A stretch of DNA of 63,842 nt, counting the filler, from Collodictyon triciliatum (lineage: Eukaryota): assembly GCA_043381765.1 (NCBI GenBank). It is 12 parts of 12 records of this genome, joined end to end, with 100 filler letters (N's around TTAATTAATTAA, not from the genome) between each part and the next. Parts side by side here need not be neighbours in the genome. Positions count along the whole stretch, not along the records: positions 27,891 to 33,366 come from JBHJMP010005167.1; positions 33,467 to 38,941 come from JBHJMP010005168.1; positions 39,042 to 44,515 come from JBHJMP010005169.1; positions 44,616 to 50,088 come from JBHJMP010005170.1; 8 more parts are not named here. The stretch is one strand, 5' to 3'. The first letter of the stretch is position 1; each line of letters begins with the position of its first letter. This document shows positions 32,038 through 45,116 of the stretch, piece after piece. Both the position numbers and the translations under genes were made by a program. Below the pieces are notes generated by a model. It saw only the letters and a program-made list of their open reading frames with translations, was not told the origin of the DNA and did not search any database.

Positions 32038-33180
32038 ATGAACGTCGGAATTCAAAGACTCGGAGGATACAAAGGCAACACTTTGCCCGAGGATCTTATC
32101 ACCAGTCATGAAGTCTATACTTTTATGGGCTACAGCTTGCGCCGCGGACACCTTCGAAGATTAGGCTTGGATGTTGCGGTGAAGTGCTACAACTTGGGGG
32201 CGGATCAATCCTTGAAAGAACGCTGTTTAGCCTTTGATATTGGAAGATTGAAGCAAACTGTTTGCGGTTCGAGGTTTTGTCCGTACATTGCTACGTATTT
32301 TGATGAAGGCAACTTTTACGTCATTCGAGAGTGGATAGACGGAAAGTGTTACGCAGACCTCATCAGGGAGACTAGATTCACTTGGGAGGATGTAGTCATC
32401 CTTGGAAAGGAGCTTTGTTATCTGGCCATTCATCTAGGAGAAGTTGGGGTTGATATTCGCAATATAAAACCATCAAATGTATTTCTGAAGTCGGACGGAA
32501 GAGTTGTTCTGTGCGATTATGAGCTCGATCAAATAGGTAAAGCCTTTAACGCAGAATTTAACCAAGCAATCCAATCGATTTGGTTGGCAGAAAACATAAC
32601 CAAAACACACGCTTTCTTATATGAGCGATGTACCGTGCGCGAGATAGGTGGTGTGATCTGGACCCTAATGATAAAGGATACACCATGGCCTATCCGATAT
32701 AACCCAAGGTTACTTAAAAACAATTACTGCGGGGATATTCTCCGAAGAACCTTAAGCAATGTAGCCGATAAAGTCGAAACATTACTCGAATTAATGTACT
32801 TATTGTCAGGACACAAAGTAGTATCCGGGGTAATCCAAATATACACTAGGGCATATACTTATTATACGAATTTTAATGGGAAGGCTCGGTGATTATCAGA
32901 GCCTAACTGTAAAGAATCAAGAGTTTGCTTTAATATCTTTATTATGTAGGAATCAAAAGAAATCCTTCGCCTAAACCCTAGAGGATATCCAGAACATGCA
33001 AGTTTAGAGCGCTGCGTCTCCATTTCACTTGACACCAGGGCGATAAACATCCTGCCGTCCCAAATTTCGGGTCTATCTTTGCTAACATCCCTTGATATTT
33101 CTTACGGGAGGTTGGAGTCCCTCCCACCAGAAATATCCATGCTAACATTGTTGAATGTGCTTCGTGCTCGCGATAATGAG
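32038..33180 (+). CDS. Pseudokinase fused to LRRs, 3' end truncated
   Basis: VAVK, YVIREWIDG, IRNIKPSNVFL and LCDYE. The in-phase next exon (32950-33180) encodes ILPSQISGLSLLTSLDISYGRLESLPPEISMLTLLNVLRARDN. Confidence 0.75.
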
Positions 33181-33271
33181 GTACTTTCTCGTCAAAGTTT
33201 CCAAAATCTGAATACCCTGCTTTATTGTTTCCACAAGTCCTGAATATGCTCAGTTGGAGCTAGTTTGAAAC

Positions 33272-33366
<95 letters not shown>

Positions 33367-33716
33367 NNNNNNNNNNNNNNNNNNNNNNNNNNNNNNNNNN
33401 NNNNNNNNNNTTAATTAATTAANNNNNNNNNNNNNNNNNNNNNNNNNNNNNNNNNNNNNNNNNNNNAAACAAACAAACAAACAAACAAACAAACAAACAA
33501 ACAAACAAACAAACAAACAAACAAACAAACAAACAAACAAACAAACAAACAAACAAACAAACAAACAAACAAACAAACAAACAAAGCAATAGTAATAATA
33601 CTAAAAGACTGACCCGTACGAAAAAAAAAACCCCAAAAAAAAAAAAAAAACACCAAAGAAACAAAAAAAAAAAAAAAAAAAAGAATCATTCCATGAATTT
33701 CGCAAAGCTTAGAAAG

Positions 33717-36700
33717 ATGACAACATGTTCGGAGAATGAGGCACAGGGAATCCTATTGCCTTTCGCTTCCAAGGGTGGCTGTTTGTATAAATAGCCATGT
33801 GGCTATGAGGCGAGAGATCACCATGAGGCTGCCCTGGGGGTTTGCAATTTGGTTTGATGATTCAATGCACTAGCAAGGGAAACAGCAATCCCCCTCTGAT
33901 ATTTCGTACGATGGTAGAAGTCCAGAAGCCATAAAAACCAATAGCAGATCAAGCAAAACAATTTTCCAAGGCAACAGCTGTAACAACAAACCAACCGCCG
34001 CACCCTTGCCCTGATGAACCCAACGCCCCTGAGAGCAAAGGTATGTCTATCACACAGATTTTGTAAAATTATGGATAGCCGTGCTGGCATGGTGAAGGAA
34101 TTGAAAACTATTTCTGACTTTTGTAATGCTCTTTCCTTTCCTTTCCTTTCTAATGGCTATTATCACACGATGTTGGTATTGCATACTCTTGTTCAAAGCT
34201 GTTTTTTTTTTTTTTTTAATGAAAATTAAAACACATGAAATATATATGTATTTGGATGACAAATTAAAACCGAAATCATAGATGCACGCGTCTGATCTTT
34301 CAAGTGTGTCGCACGTACATGCTGCGTCTGTGAGACCAGATACATGCATTGACGTGAGCTTACGCTTCAGGTCAAATTCGTTAAACATCTCGAGCGATAC
34401 GGTACTCTTTCTGTTATCATGACTATTTTTTCGTAGGTGTTGGATATTGAATTATTATTCTAAATATTAAGAATAATTTAATATCAGTGTTAGGAATATT
34501 GACTTTACGCTGAAAACTTTTTTTTTAACTTCCCGGAGCCTACGACTGATTATCTCATCCTGCCAGGTCGAAATTGATATATCGTACGAATCCATCGAGG
34601 AAACAACCTTCTCTGTTGATAAAAAAATGTTGACTCTGCGCCGTACCAACTCTCAAAATATCCAACTGATGACAGAAGATGTAAATATCTACTCAAAAAT
34701 CATAACATGAATGTCATTAGCATATCTAAATCTTGAAGCAAAACCTCTTTTTGAATCATATATTATCTTTTTATAGTATCACCATATGATTAAATTATAA
34801 TTACATGAAAGGCGATATTCATAAACAACGAGATTGAATGTGCTGCAAATCGATTAAAATCTGAGTTAGGTCAGCAGCTAATTTTAAAAAAGTTGAAAGA
34901 AAATGAAAGTTTGGCATGTATGTGTTGAAAAATTGAATAGAGTATTTCCTGAATATTTTTTTATTTCAGAGAAATTAATATCATTTATTTGGTTCTTTTC
35001 ATAGCTAAAAGCAGAATGATACCAATGAATCCTACATGCATATCATTTAAAAGTAATACCATTCTCTATACATTCAAAAAAGTGCTTTATACAGATATTC
35101 CACAATTTTATGCATTTTTCTTTATAGAATTATTAATGTTATACAAGTGTACGCATGAACTAATTATAAATATTTAAAGTAACTGAAGCTCGTGGGTTGG
35201 CAGCAAAAGACGCAAATGGTATATCGTTAATTTCTTATGCTGGAATCTATGACTCATTTGGCAAATCAATCATATCAAAGCATTTGAATGAAATATGCAT
35301 CATCACTCCTCCTAAGAATCGAATAAAGGAAAAAATATATCATTACTACTCACCTCCACTCTGAAATAACTACGAGGGCATCGATTATTTTACTTTATTT
35401 TTGGCATGGGCACCAACTGATAAGCCAGTCATTTTTTGCTTTAAATAATTATCATGAGCCGATTATCTCGATCACTAGGACTTAGTGACCCTTTTGCCTG
35501 TGTTACAGTCTCAGGTCAAGATTTCTCCACGAGCGTTGTCAAAGAATCACTCCATCCAAAATGGAACTTTTATAAATCTTTGTAAGTTTTGGAAGATTAA
35601 GATGCTTATTAATTTTACCCTTTAGAGCTCAACTATACCGGACTAAGAGACCTATATAGTATAATTAGGGACAAAAGGAATATGCGGCTCATCATCAATT
35701 TATGGGACAAAGACATTCTAAGGAATGACTACCTCGGATATGCTGAGAGTAAGTAAATAATGTAATCATATCATTCAAATCATGTGCCATGAAGAGAATG
35801 CCTACGACTTAATTTATTTTCTGTATCGGAGAAAGTATTACAATGTACTGAATAAAGAAAAAAAGTTTACTTATGCGATGAGATTGAGTTGATAAGTATT
35901 CATTTCAAACTAGTTGACATGAACAATTTCAAAGAGCTGGAAACGCATACATGCTCATTGCGTCTCAGAGAAAGGCCAGGGAAGGTAAAACAACGAAATT
36001 GTTCTATAATAAGCTGAATTCTACTAAAAATAATATTTGATTCACTTATTCAGAGGGAACGCGTAACTGGAGAAATTTTGATTGAGTTTAGCGTGAAAAG
36101 GTGTGGATTGGCTTTATGAATTCAATTTCTCTTTTATAAAGTTTTCGTTATTTTTTTTCTCAAAATTAGTATCTCAGTCATCTTATGGACATTTTTATAG
36201 TACAAATTATCTAGAAGGTCAAGTTGGAAGTCTGAAGAGAAAAATTAGTGAAGTGATACCGTGTAATATTCCAGCGGAGAGAAGATTGAATTCTAGATTA
36301 TCAGTTGGTGATGTTAGACATATCGCCAATCCGCGTCCGCTTTCCAGACTAGGATTTGGTGGCATGGCCACAGATATTCCAGGTTTTTTTATGAAGCTAT
36401 TATACCTGAGTACATTAAAATCTAATGCTGAAAGAGGAACTGAATACTATTTTTCTTTCTTTTCTTTTTAATCCTTTTCGTTTATTATCCAATTTAGTTC
36501 ATGTATATAGTTATTCTCCATTTGGAATCTCCCTATGCATATATTCCTTCGGTGGGATATGCGGAAGTGATAATAAATTTGGTAGAACTACATTCATTAA
36601 AATTATCGTTTAGGGAAACGGCTTAACGCAGCTAGAGTCCGACTGGAAAGTATGTTCCACATATTCCAAATTCATGCAAATTATCCTCACTTACCATGTC

Positions 36701-37719
36701 AACGTATCTTTTCTACAATATCTAGTTGTCTCTGGGCGTGGTTTACCTAGGATGGATATTGGAGGTGAAAAAAAAAAGCTATTAAAATATTCTAGTCCTG
36801 GAACTTCTGATGTAATAGATTGCATTTTTCTTGTTGTTACACTATGTTTAATAATTTACAAATGAAGGTTTGAGCGACCCCTTCTGCAAAGTCGAGCTTA
36901 AAAAAAACTCAGGGGTTCGTTGTGTTACCAGATACATCAAACAAAATCTCAATCCTGTGTGGAATGAGATATTTGAAATGTTTGTATTATCATAGTATTT
37001 TATTTCATTTGTCTATATATAACCGCTTGTAAACTTGAATCATAGGATGTTTTGTTATCAGAAATCAAAGCAAAACTTATAAAATTGTAATTATAGCTTA
37101 ATTGTGGACGATGGTGAACTCATCTTAATTGATGTATTTGATTGGGTATGTATGCGAAATCATTTCCTTTAAAGGTGGTTTTCTTTCAATATATGAAACG
37201 TATGACACATTGGTACATTTCATACTTGATCTTATTGTTTGGTTTTGCTTTCTGAATGAATCAATAAATTCAATAAATTAAGGATCTTGCGATAGATGAT
37301 TTTATTGGAGGATTCTATATCGACCCTTTCTCTGTGAGTGAAAATGAGGTAATATATCAATACATCTATTGCTTTCCTTGCTTAATCTTTTGCATTTTAA
37401 GTCGTCAAGAATTCAAAGAACTACACCCATTCAAAAAAAAAAATAATTAATCAACAGCCCCATCAAGTCGGTTGGTGTGTGGAACAGTGAAGAAAGCGTA
37501 ACCTGATTCCTTTCTGACATCTAGGTGATTGACAAGTGGTTTCCCATTCAAAAGGCCGAGGCCAGAAAATTACCCGTCAATTCTTTATTCGAGAATACTG
37601 GCAGAGGAGAAATTCAAGTAAGGTTCAGCATGACTACTCTTTTGGATACAGAAAATAGGTTCAGAGAACTTTCAGATGTCCTCACGGATATTCAGGCTGC
37701 TTTTATTCCAAATACATGA
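33717..37719 (+). CDS. Protein with two C2 domains and a possible N-terminal PH-like segment; 5' exons uncertain
   Basis: LSDPFACVTV...LHPKWN, WDKDILRNDYLG; GRGLPRMDIGGLSDPFCKV...NLNPVWNEIF, DVFDWD, DKWFPI, GEIQVRF; TGA at 37717-37719. Confidence 0.8.
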
Positions 37720-38639
37720 TAAAATTTAAACCGTAGCTAGTCACATCAACTACCAGGCTAAATAATCGTGTACACGAGTATTCAATNNNNNNNNNNNNNN
37801 NNNNNNNNNNNNNNNNNNNNNNNNNNNNNNNNNNNNNNNNNNNNNNNNNNNNNNNNNNNNNNNNNNNNNNNNNNNNNNNNNNNNNNNNNNNNNNNNNNNN
37901 NNNNNNNNNNNNNNNNNNNNNNNNNNNNNNNNNNNNNNNNNNNNNNNNNNNNNNNNNNNNNNNNNNNNNNNNNNNNNNNNNNNNNNNNNNNNNNNNNNNN
38001 NNNNNNNNNNNNNNNNNNNNNNNNNNNNNNNNNNNNNNNNNNNNNNNNNNNNNNNNNNNNNNNNNNNNNNNNNNNNNNNNNNNNNNNNNNNNNNNNNNNN
38101 NNNNNNNNNNNNNNNNNNNNNNNNNNNNNNNNNNNNNNNNNNNNNNNNNNNNNNNNNNNNNNNNNNNNNNNNNNNNNNNNNNNNNNNNNNNNNNNNCATA
38201 CTCGAAGAGGCCGCTTGCAGAAGTAAGTAGATTTTAAATCAGGGGTATCTTTGGAAACGTGCGTATACTTAGTAAAGAATGTTAGGTACATTAACACTGG
38301 AAGAGATGCTTGTAAACATTGTTTGGGACCGGCTCTCTGCGTGGCTTATTCACCCAAAAGCCCCGGACACATCACAGAGTGTGGGTGCGATTGAGTTTGC
38401 AGAACTTGGCTAAAGGCAGCGAGCAAAATAAGTGAAATAAAGTATTAGTGATGTATACTTATCTTTGGCTGTCTTCGGGGAGCGATTTAAGTGTATTCAT
38501 ACATCTGCATCCCAATGAGTATAACTCACCCACGTTTGGTGAGCGTCTTACCAATACAAGGGACTGGATTATCGTCGAGTTCAACTGGGGTTTGTGCAGA
38601 AATTCACTTTGCAATAAGCTCTCTCCGTACAATCAAATT

Positions 38640-38941
38640 GGAGAGATAGAACTACAAACATTACAAGAAAAAGAATCGAAACAATTATAAATGTGTTGGC
38701 TGAAAAGGAAAACGAAAAGACCTTGTATCCGTCCTGCACACCATCTGTGGACATGCAGCATTTATTACCTCGCAACAACAAAAAGAACACCCGCGTCTTC
38801 TTCTCAAAGATGTGGTCAAGACTAGACTATGATGCTGCTACCCTCGAGCTTATCACCACAAACTGCTCTAAGGCTTCACCCTCGCAAGCAGCCAGCATGA
38901 TAGCACCAATAGATGCAGGCGAATTGTGGAAAGCGGTCAAG
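38640..38941 (+). mobile_element. Possible decayed non-LTR retrotransposon ORF2 fragment (linker just before RT)
   Basis: FFSKMWSR...MIAPIDAGELWKAVK resembles the LINE pattern PI-x-x-xE-l-x-x-A-v-K that precedes KsPGxDG. The sequence is cut by the spacer before any diagnostic motif. Confidence 0.35.
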
Positions 38942-39373
38942 NNNNNNNNNNNNNNNNNNNNNNNNNNNNNNNNNNNNNNNNNNNNTTAATTAATTAANNN
39001 NNNNNNNNNNNNNNNNNNNNNNNNNNNNNNNNNNNNNNNNNTTTAATCTTTTAATCTTTTAATCTTTTAATCTTTTAATCTTTTAATCTTTTAATCTTTT
39101 AATCTTTTAATCTTTTAATCTTTTAATCTTTTAATCTTCTATCTTCTATCTTCTATCTTCTATCTTCTATCTTCTATCTTCTATCTTCTATCTTCTATCT
39201 TCTATCTTCTATCTTCTATGCTGCGTTGCTCTTTTGTTTCTTCGTTTATTTGACCCCTCAGTTTATTTCCCAATCCCTTAATTATATATCTCATCACAAA
39301 ATCTGGTCATGGCGACTTCCACGGACAAACCGACAGAAGAGAAAAAAAAAACCATAATAACAACAACAACAAC

Positions 39374-39431
<58 letters not shown>

Positions 39432-39547
39432 CATAGACCGATACCTCCCCACAAACCCACTTTTTCCGCAGACTTTTCCGCAGACTTTTCCCGACACACC
39501 CTTATATAAACGCTCCTCCTCCGACGAACACAAACACAAACACGCAG

Positions 39548-39961
39548 GTCTCCATCCTCCTGCAGCACAAGATGCAGCCGTACAACCAGCAGCTGGACAA
39601 CACACTGGAGCTGGCCAGCCTCTACGTCCTGGCCCTCTCCTTCCTCATCGGCTACATCGCAAACACCACCACGCTCGACGGGTCTCTGGCCATCCTCTTT
39701 GTCCTCATGAACGCCGCCGTCGTCATCGTCCTTGCCGGCCTCGTCCTCTACCAGAAGCACCCCGAGCTTTACCGCCTCATCAAGGAAAACATGATCGAGC
39801 GCATCTCCGCCCTCTCCGAGCGCTTCACCCGCACCCGCTTTGCCCGCTTCCAGAGCTCCTCCGCATCCACATACACCTTCCACACCTCCTCCTCCCATTC
39901 CTCCCGCGTCGTCCCCACAAACGGCTCGGAGTCTGTCGCCCTGCTCTCCTCATCCTCCTAA
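39548..39961 (+). CDS. Last exon of a multipass membrane protein (two terminal helices + Ser-rich tail)
   Basis: GCAG acceptor, then ILLQHKMQPYNQQLDNTLELASLYVLALSFLIG...LAILFVLMNAAVVIVL; strongly C-ending codons. Confidence 0.7.
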   Translation, partial: VSILLQHKMQPYNQQLDNTLELASLYVLALSFLIGYIANTTTLDGSLAILFVLMNAAVVIVLAGLVLYQKHPELYRLIKENMIERISALSERFTRTRFARFQSSSASTYTFHTSSSHSSRVVPTNGSESVALLSSSS

Positions 39962-40552
39962 CCATTTTCCCTCTTTCCCTCCTTCAGCCCTCAGGTCTGC
40001 CCATCCTCCTAAACCCCCTGCCGCCTCTCTCAGCCGCGTTGGGTGCTGTCCTTCTCCGCGTTTCGGGAGTCGAGAATGCCAGGTCCTCGCACGCTGCTCC
40101 CCCAGGTGAATCAACATCCGCGCGACTGAGATCTGTCTCGGCTCTGCCTTATGTGCTATGCGAGTCTGTTTTTCGTTTATTTTTTTCTTCTTTCTTGGTT
40201 TATTCCTGCTTGTAGTCCAACTACAGCAACAGCGTTGCGTATCCCCCTTCCCGAGGCAGAAGCCACGTGCCTGATTGGTTCCGCCCGTCTGGTCGAGACG
40301 CCATCGGGATGCGGTCCGCGGAGGGGAGGCACTGAGCATATAAAGAGAGCAGTGGTTGACTGACCCTGGACGAGCATATTCAGAAGCTGGGAGGAAAGGG
40401 AAAGAGAGAGAGAGAGAGAGATCGAGATCAAGACATGGGGAAGGCGAAGGGGGCTGGACAGCGAGAGAAGATAGACAGGAGACAGGAGGGGAAGGGCTAT
40501 GCAAAGGGGTGAAGAACAGAATATAACATCAAGGCAGGTCGCTGCGGGGCGT

Positions 40553-41080
<528 letters not shown>

Positions 41081-42057
41081 TTATAGGAATCGCATGCGTG
41101 CGGTTATCTTCGTACGAGAATGGGTTCCGCAATCGTTCTCTTTCTTATTGTGTTGGGTGTGCTCGTGACTTGTTTGTGAACCACCATCGCGACAGACACG
41201 TTAGGCGGATGATTTGTATTTATACAATCATGGATGGCCATTATTCAATGAAATTGCAGTTATATGGGTATTCCAAATGTGTAAAAACACACACTTATTG
41301 GGTTTGTGTTTTATTTAGTTAAATTAGCATGATTAAGTGTGTTTATTCCATTTAAAATAACTGAAAGTAGATTTATTCTCGAACATTATACAATTTGGTT
41401 ATTTTCTATATGTGGAGTTATTGGCTTTCTGTGGTTGTTCGTCTCCTTGCTTCAAATGTGGAATATAAAGTTATTTAGTGCCATTGTTACATATGTGATG
41501 GAATGGGGACAAGCTATAAAATTGAAGGACCGCAGAGCTATTATTTTCACTAAATATTATTCATTACTAATAAATTACTGACTTATCGACAAATTAACCG
41601 ACCATTGCTCTAGCTTATAATAAAAAATATTGATTTTTATATATTCCATAAATAGGTATTCGAGTTGGTGACGCGCCGTTTCGTTCGCTTGCGTGGCCAG
41701 TGGCGATGGTACACGTCAGGTGGGGCGAGTGATGACTGTCCAGGAAGAACGTATGCGCAGTATAAAAAACTGTTAGAAATATGAATGGATGATATCTAGA
41801 CGCGTGTCACGTTTGAATCGAGAGCACCATCGGGTTCACAAAGTAAACTTCTGACAAGTCCTGATTTCCTGGCAAGGACTGGACTCTGATAATTTATGCT
41901 TTTTTTTAATTGTAAGATGCCTTTTTTTTTCTTCTCCTATATTCGATTGAAAGTGCAGCGAGGAATTGTAAGACACCTTTCAATATTCTTTTCATAACGC
42001 TGCATTATTGTCAATTTAGATTCAATTACATGCACCGAATGGCTAAGGTTGTGATTA

Positions 42058-42169
42058 TTGTGTGTGATGTGTGTGATGTGTGTGATGTGTGTGATGTGTG
42101 TGATGTGTGTGATGTGTGTGATGTGTGTGATGTGTGTGATGTGTGTGATGTGTGTGATGTGTGTGTGTG

Positions 42170-42246
<77 letters not shown>
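42058..42246. repeat. (GTGTGTGAT)n grading into (GT)n upstream of the carrier gene
   Basis: Seen directly. Confidence 0.95.
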
Positions 42247-42247
<1 letters not shown>

Positions 42248-42357
42248 CTAGGAAGGAATTTTAAGTCGCAAAGATATTTTTCATTTGATTCATTGATTGG
42301 GATTATTTTCCATATTCCACCAAATAGTATAGAAGAGACGAACCGAAAAATCAAAGT

Positions 42358-44180
42358 ATGAGCAACCAAAAATCTACGTGGAATATGGTCAGCCCGTTTG
42401 TGCTTGGAGGGGCATCAGGAATGTGGGCCACCACATGCATCCAACCCATAGGTACTTCCTAGCCCAATCCAACTCCCGTTTTCTATTTTCTATTTCCCTT
42501 TCCTTTCGAGCTCTAGGAATCAGCCAGCCCTCCAATTGTTATGTCTTTTATGTTTTTGTTCACTACAATAACCTATTCCACAATGATTTGTATGTCTTTT
42601 TGTGACGGACTTTGAATTTATTTCGTCTTTTAGCCTACAGAGCCAGAGCAGGATAGTTGATTCACGACACTTTCCATTCTCCCTTTTAGATATGGTCAAA
42701 GTGCGAATACAATTACTCGGAAAAGGTGGAAGCGCCAACCCATTTTCGATTGCACAGGAAATCATAAAGAAGGATGGGTTCGCTGCTCTATATCGCGGAC
42801 TTTCTGCCGCCCTCCTTCGCCAAGTAACTAATAAAACTCTCACAATAAAATGGGATTCATACCAAAGAGGAAATATCTTTATTAATATTTTTATGTTAAT
42901 GTTTGATTCTATTAATTTACAAATGAAAATAAACAAAAGAATATTGCAAAATCATATTGTCAAACTATTTTTTTTCAAATAAAGGCAACTTATACTACTG
43001 CCCGGCTGGGCATGTTCAAGAAAATTACCGCTTCCCTCGAAGAACCCGGAAAACCACTTCCATTGGCATATAAAGCTGGTGCTGGACTCGCTGCTGGCGC
43101 TTTCGGGGCAGTGTTTGGAAACCCAGCCGATGTTGCCCTTATTCGTATGCAAGCAGACGGAACATTACCACCGAATCAACGACGCAACTATACAAACGTC
43201 GGAAACGCACTTGCGTGAGTACCATTTTACGTTGGGCCGACAGGTCCATAATTGGGCACCAGCTTCTATTTTTTTCGATGATTTAAGTGTACTTCAAATT
43301 TTTGTGTACAGTTTTTCTTACAGATTTATTTAGACAAGCTATTTATTCTATGAACCAGGCGGATGATTCGAGAAGAGGGTATCCTTTCGCTATGGAGAGG
43401 ATGTACCCCCACAGTCACAAGAGCCATGTCTCTTAACATGGGAATGCTGGCATCATATGAACAGTCGAAGGTATGAACCTATAAAATCTTTATCAAATTG
43501 CGCCATATAATCAAGTACCATCGTATTTTTTGAACTGGGTAGTATACTGCGCCTTTTTTTTTTTGGCTTAAGTTTATTGTCTTCTTGGGTGGTTGCTTAA
43601 CAGCAGGCAAATACTAATCATACGCAGGAGTATTTCCAAGCCAAATATGGGAAAGGATTCAGCACAGAGCTTGGGGCATCAATGATATCAGGATTCTTTG
43701 CCTCAGTTTTCAGTCTTCCATTTGACTTTGTGAAGACTCGTATTCAGAAGCAACAACCAAATCCTGACGGAACCCTGCCCTACAGGAATTCTATTGACTG
43801 TGCAAAGAAAGTCATTCAACAAGAGGGCCCATTGGCCTTCTACAAGGTTTTTTCTTTCATAAACAACTTCATACTTAAAAAAGCAAAAGCAAAAAACAAA
43901 AAACAAAAAGCAAATTCACCATAAGCATATCGTGTGTGAGTAAGACATGAAGTGCGCTCTTTCTTTCCATCCAAATACTTAAAGTCCTGGGTCTATTTTG
44001 GTCTGAATTAAAGCCATGTAGATTATATTGAACTGAATATATTATGAAGTAAAGGAAAAGTTAATAAACCATAATTAAAAGGGGTTCTGGACCTATTACA
44101 TCCGCATTGCTCCACACGCCATGATAACCTTGCTTACTCTGGAGCAGCTCACCCGCTTATCCAAGAAATACATGAATTGA
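42358..44180 (+). CDS. Mitochondrial dicarboxylate/tricarboxylate or 2-oxoglutarate/malate carrier (DTC / SLC25A11-like), 6 exons, complete
   Basis: PFVLGGASGMWATTCIQPIDMVKVRIQ, LLRQATYTTARLG, NPADVALIRMQAD, LPFDFVKTRIQ and YYIRIAPHAMIT; three carrier signature repeats. Confidence 0.95.
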
Positions 44181-44894
44181 GCGATTTGGTGGTATTAGCA
44201 ACATATGAGACCAAACACATGCAAGTATAAATCGTCCATCGACTTCCTGTGATATCGCACTAGAACTTCTATCGCTTTTTCTTTTCTTTTTCTTTTCACT
44301 CTACGTCGCAGTTAGTCAAGCGAATAAACCTCGAATTTTAAAATAAACTAACAATATTGAGCATCTGCAAGAAAAGAAATAGAAATAGAAATAGAAATAG
44401 AAATAGAAATAGAAATAGAAATAGAAATAGAAATAGAAATAGAAATAGAAATAGAAATAGAAAACAGAAAACAGAAAACAAAAAACAAAAAACAAAAAAC
44501 AAAAAACAAAAAACANNNNNNNNNNNNNNNNNNNNNNNNNNNNNNNNNNNNNNNNNNNNTTAATTAATTAANNNNNNNNNNNNNNNNNNNNNNNNNNNNN
44601 NNNNNNNNNNNNNNNAAAACAAAACAAAACAAAACAAAACAAAACAAAACAAAACAAAACAAAACAAAACAAAACAAAACAAAACAAAACAAAACAAAAC
44701 AAAACAAAAAAAACAAAAAAAACTAAACAAAACAAAACAAAACAAAACAAAACAAAACAAAACAAAACAAAACAAAACAAAACAAAACAAAACAAAACAA
44801 AACAAAACTAAACTAAACTAAACTAAACTAAAAGCAAAAGTATAAGCATATCGGTTTATTAAAGGATTGGGGTCAATACTATTGACCATCTAAC

Positions 44895-45085
44895 CTGAAA
44901 ACAATATTCAAGACCACCCTCACATGATATTCGAATACCGAATCGACTACCGCTAGTATCCCAAACTGAGACCTGTGGAAAATATATCAAAGTAGTTTGT
45001 AATTCTTACTAACGCCGCTAGAATGAACAAGGATAAAAAAAATTATTCGGGAGGATATAAGAAATGATTTTAATAATAGTAATAG

Positions 45086-45116
<31 letters not shown>

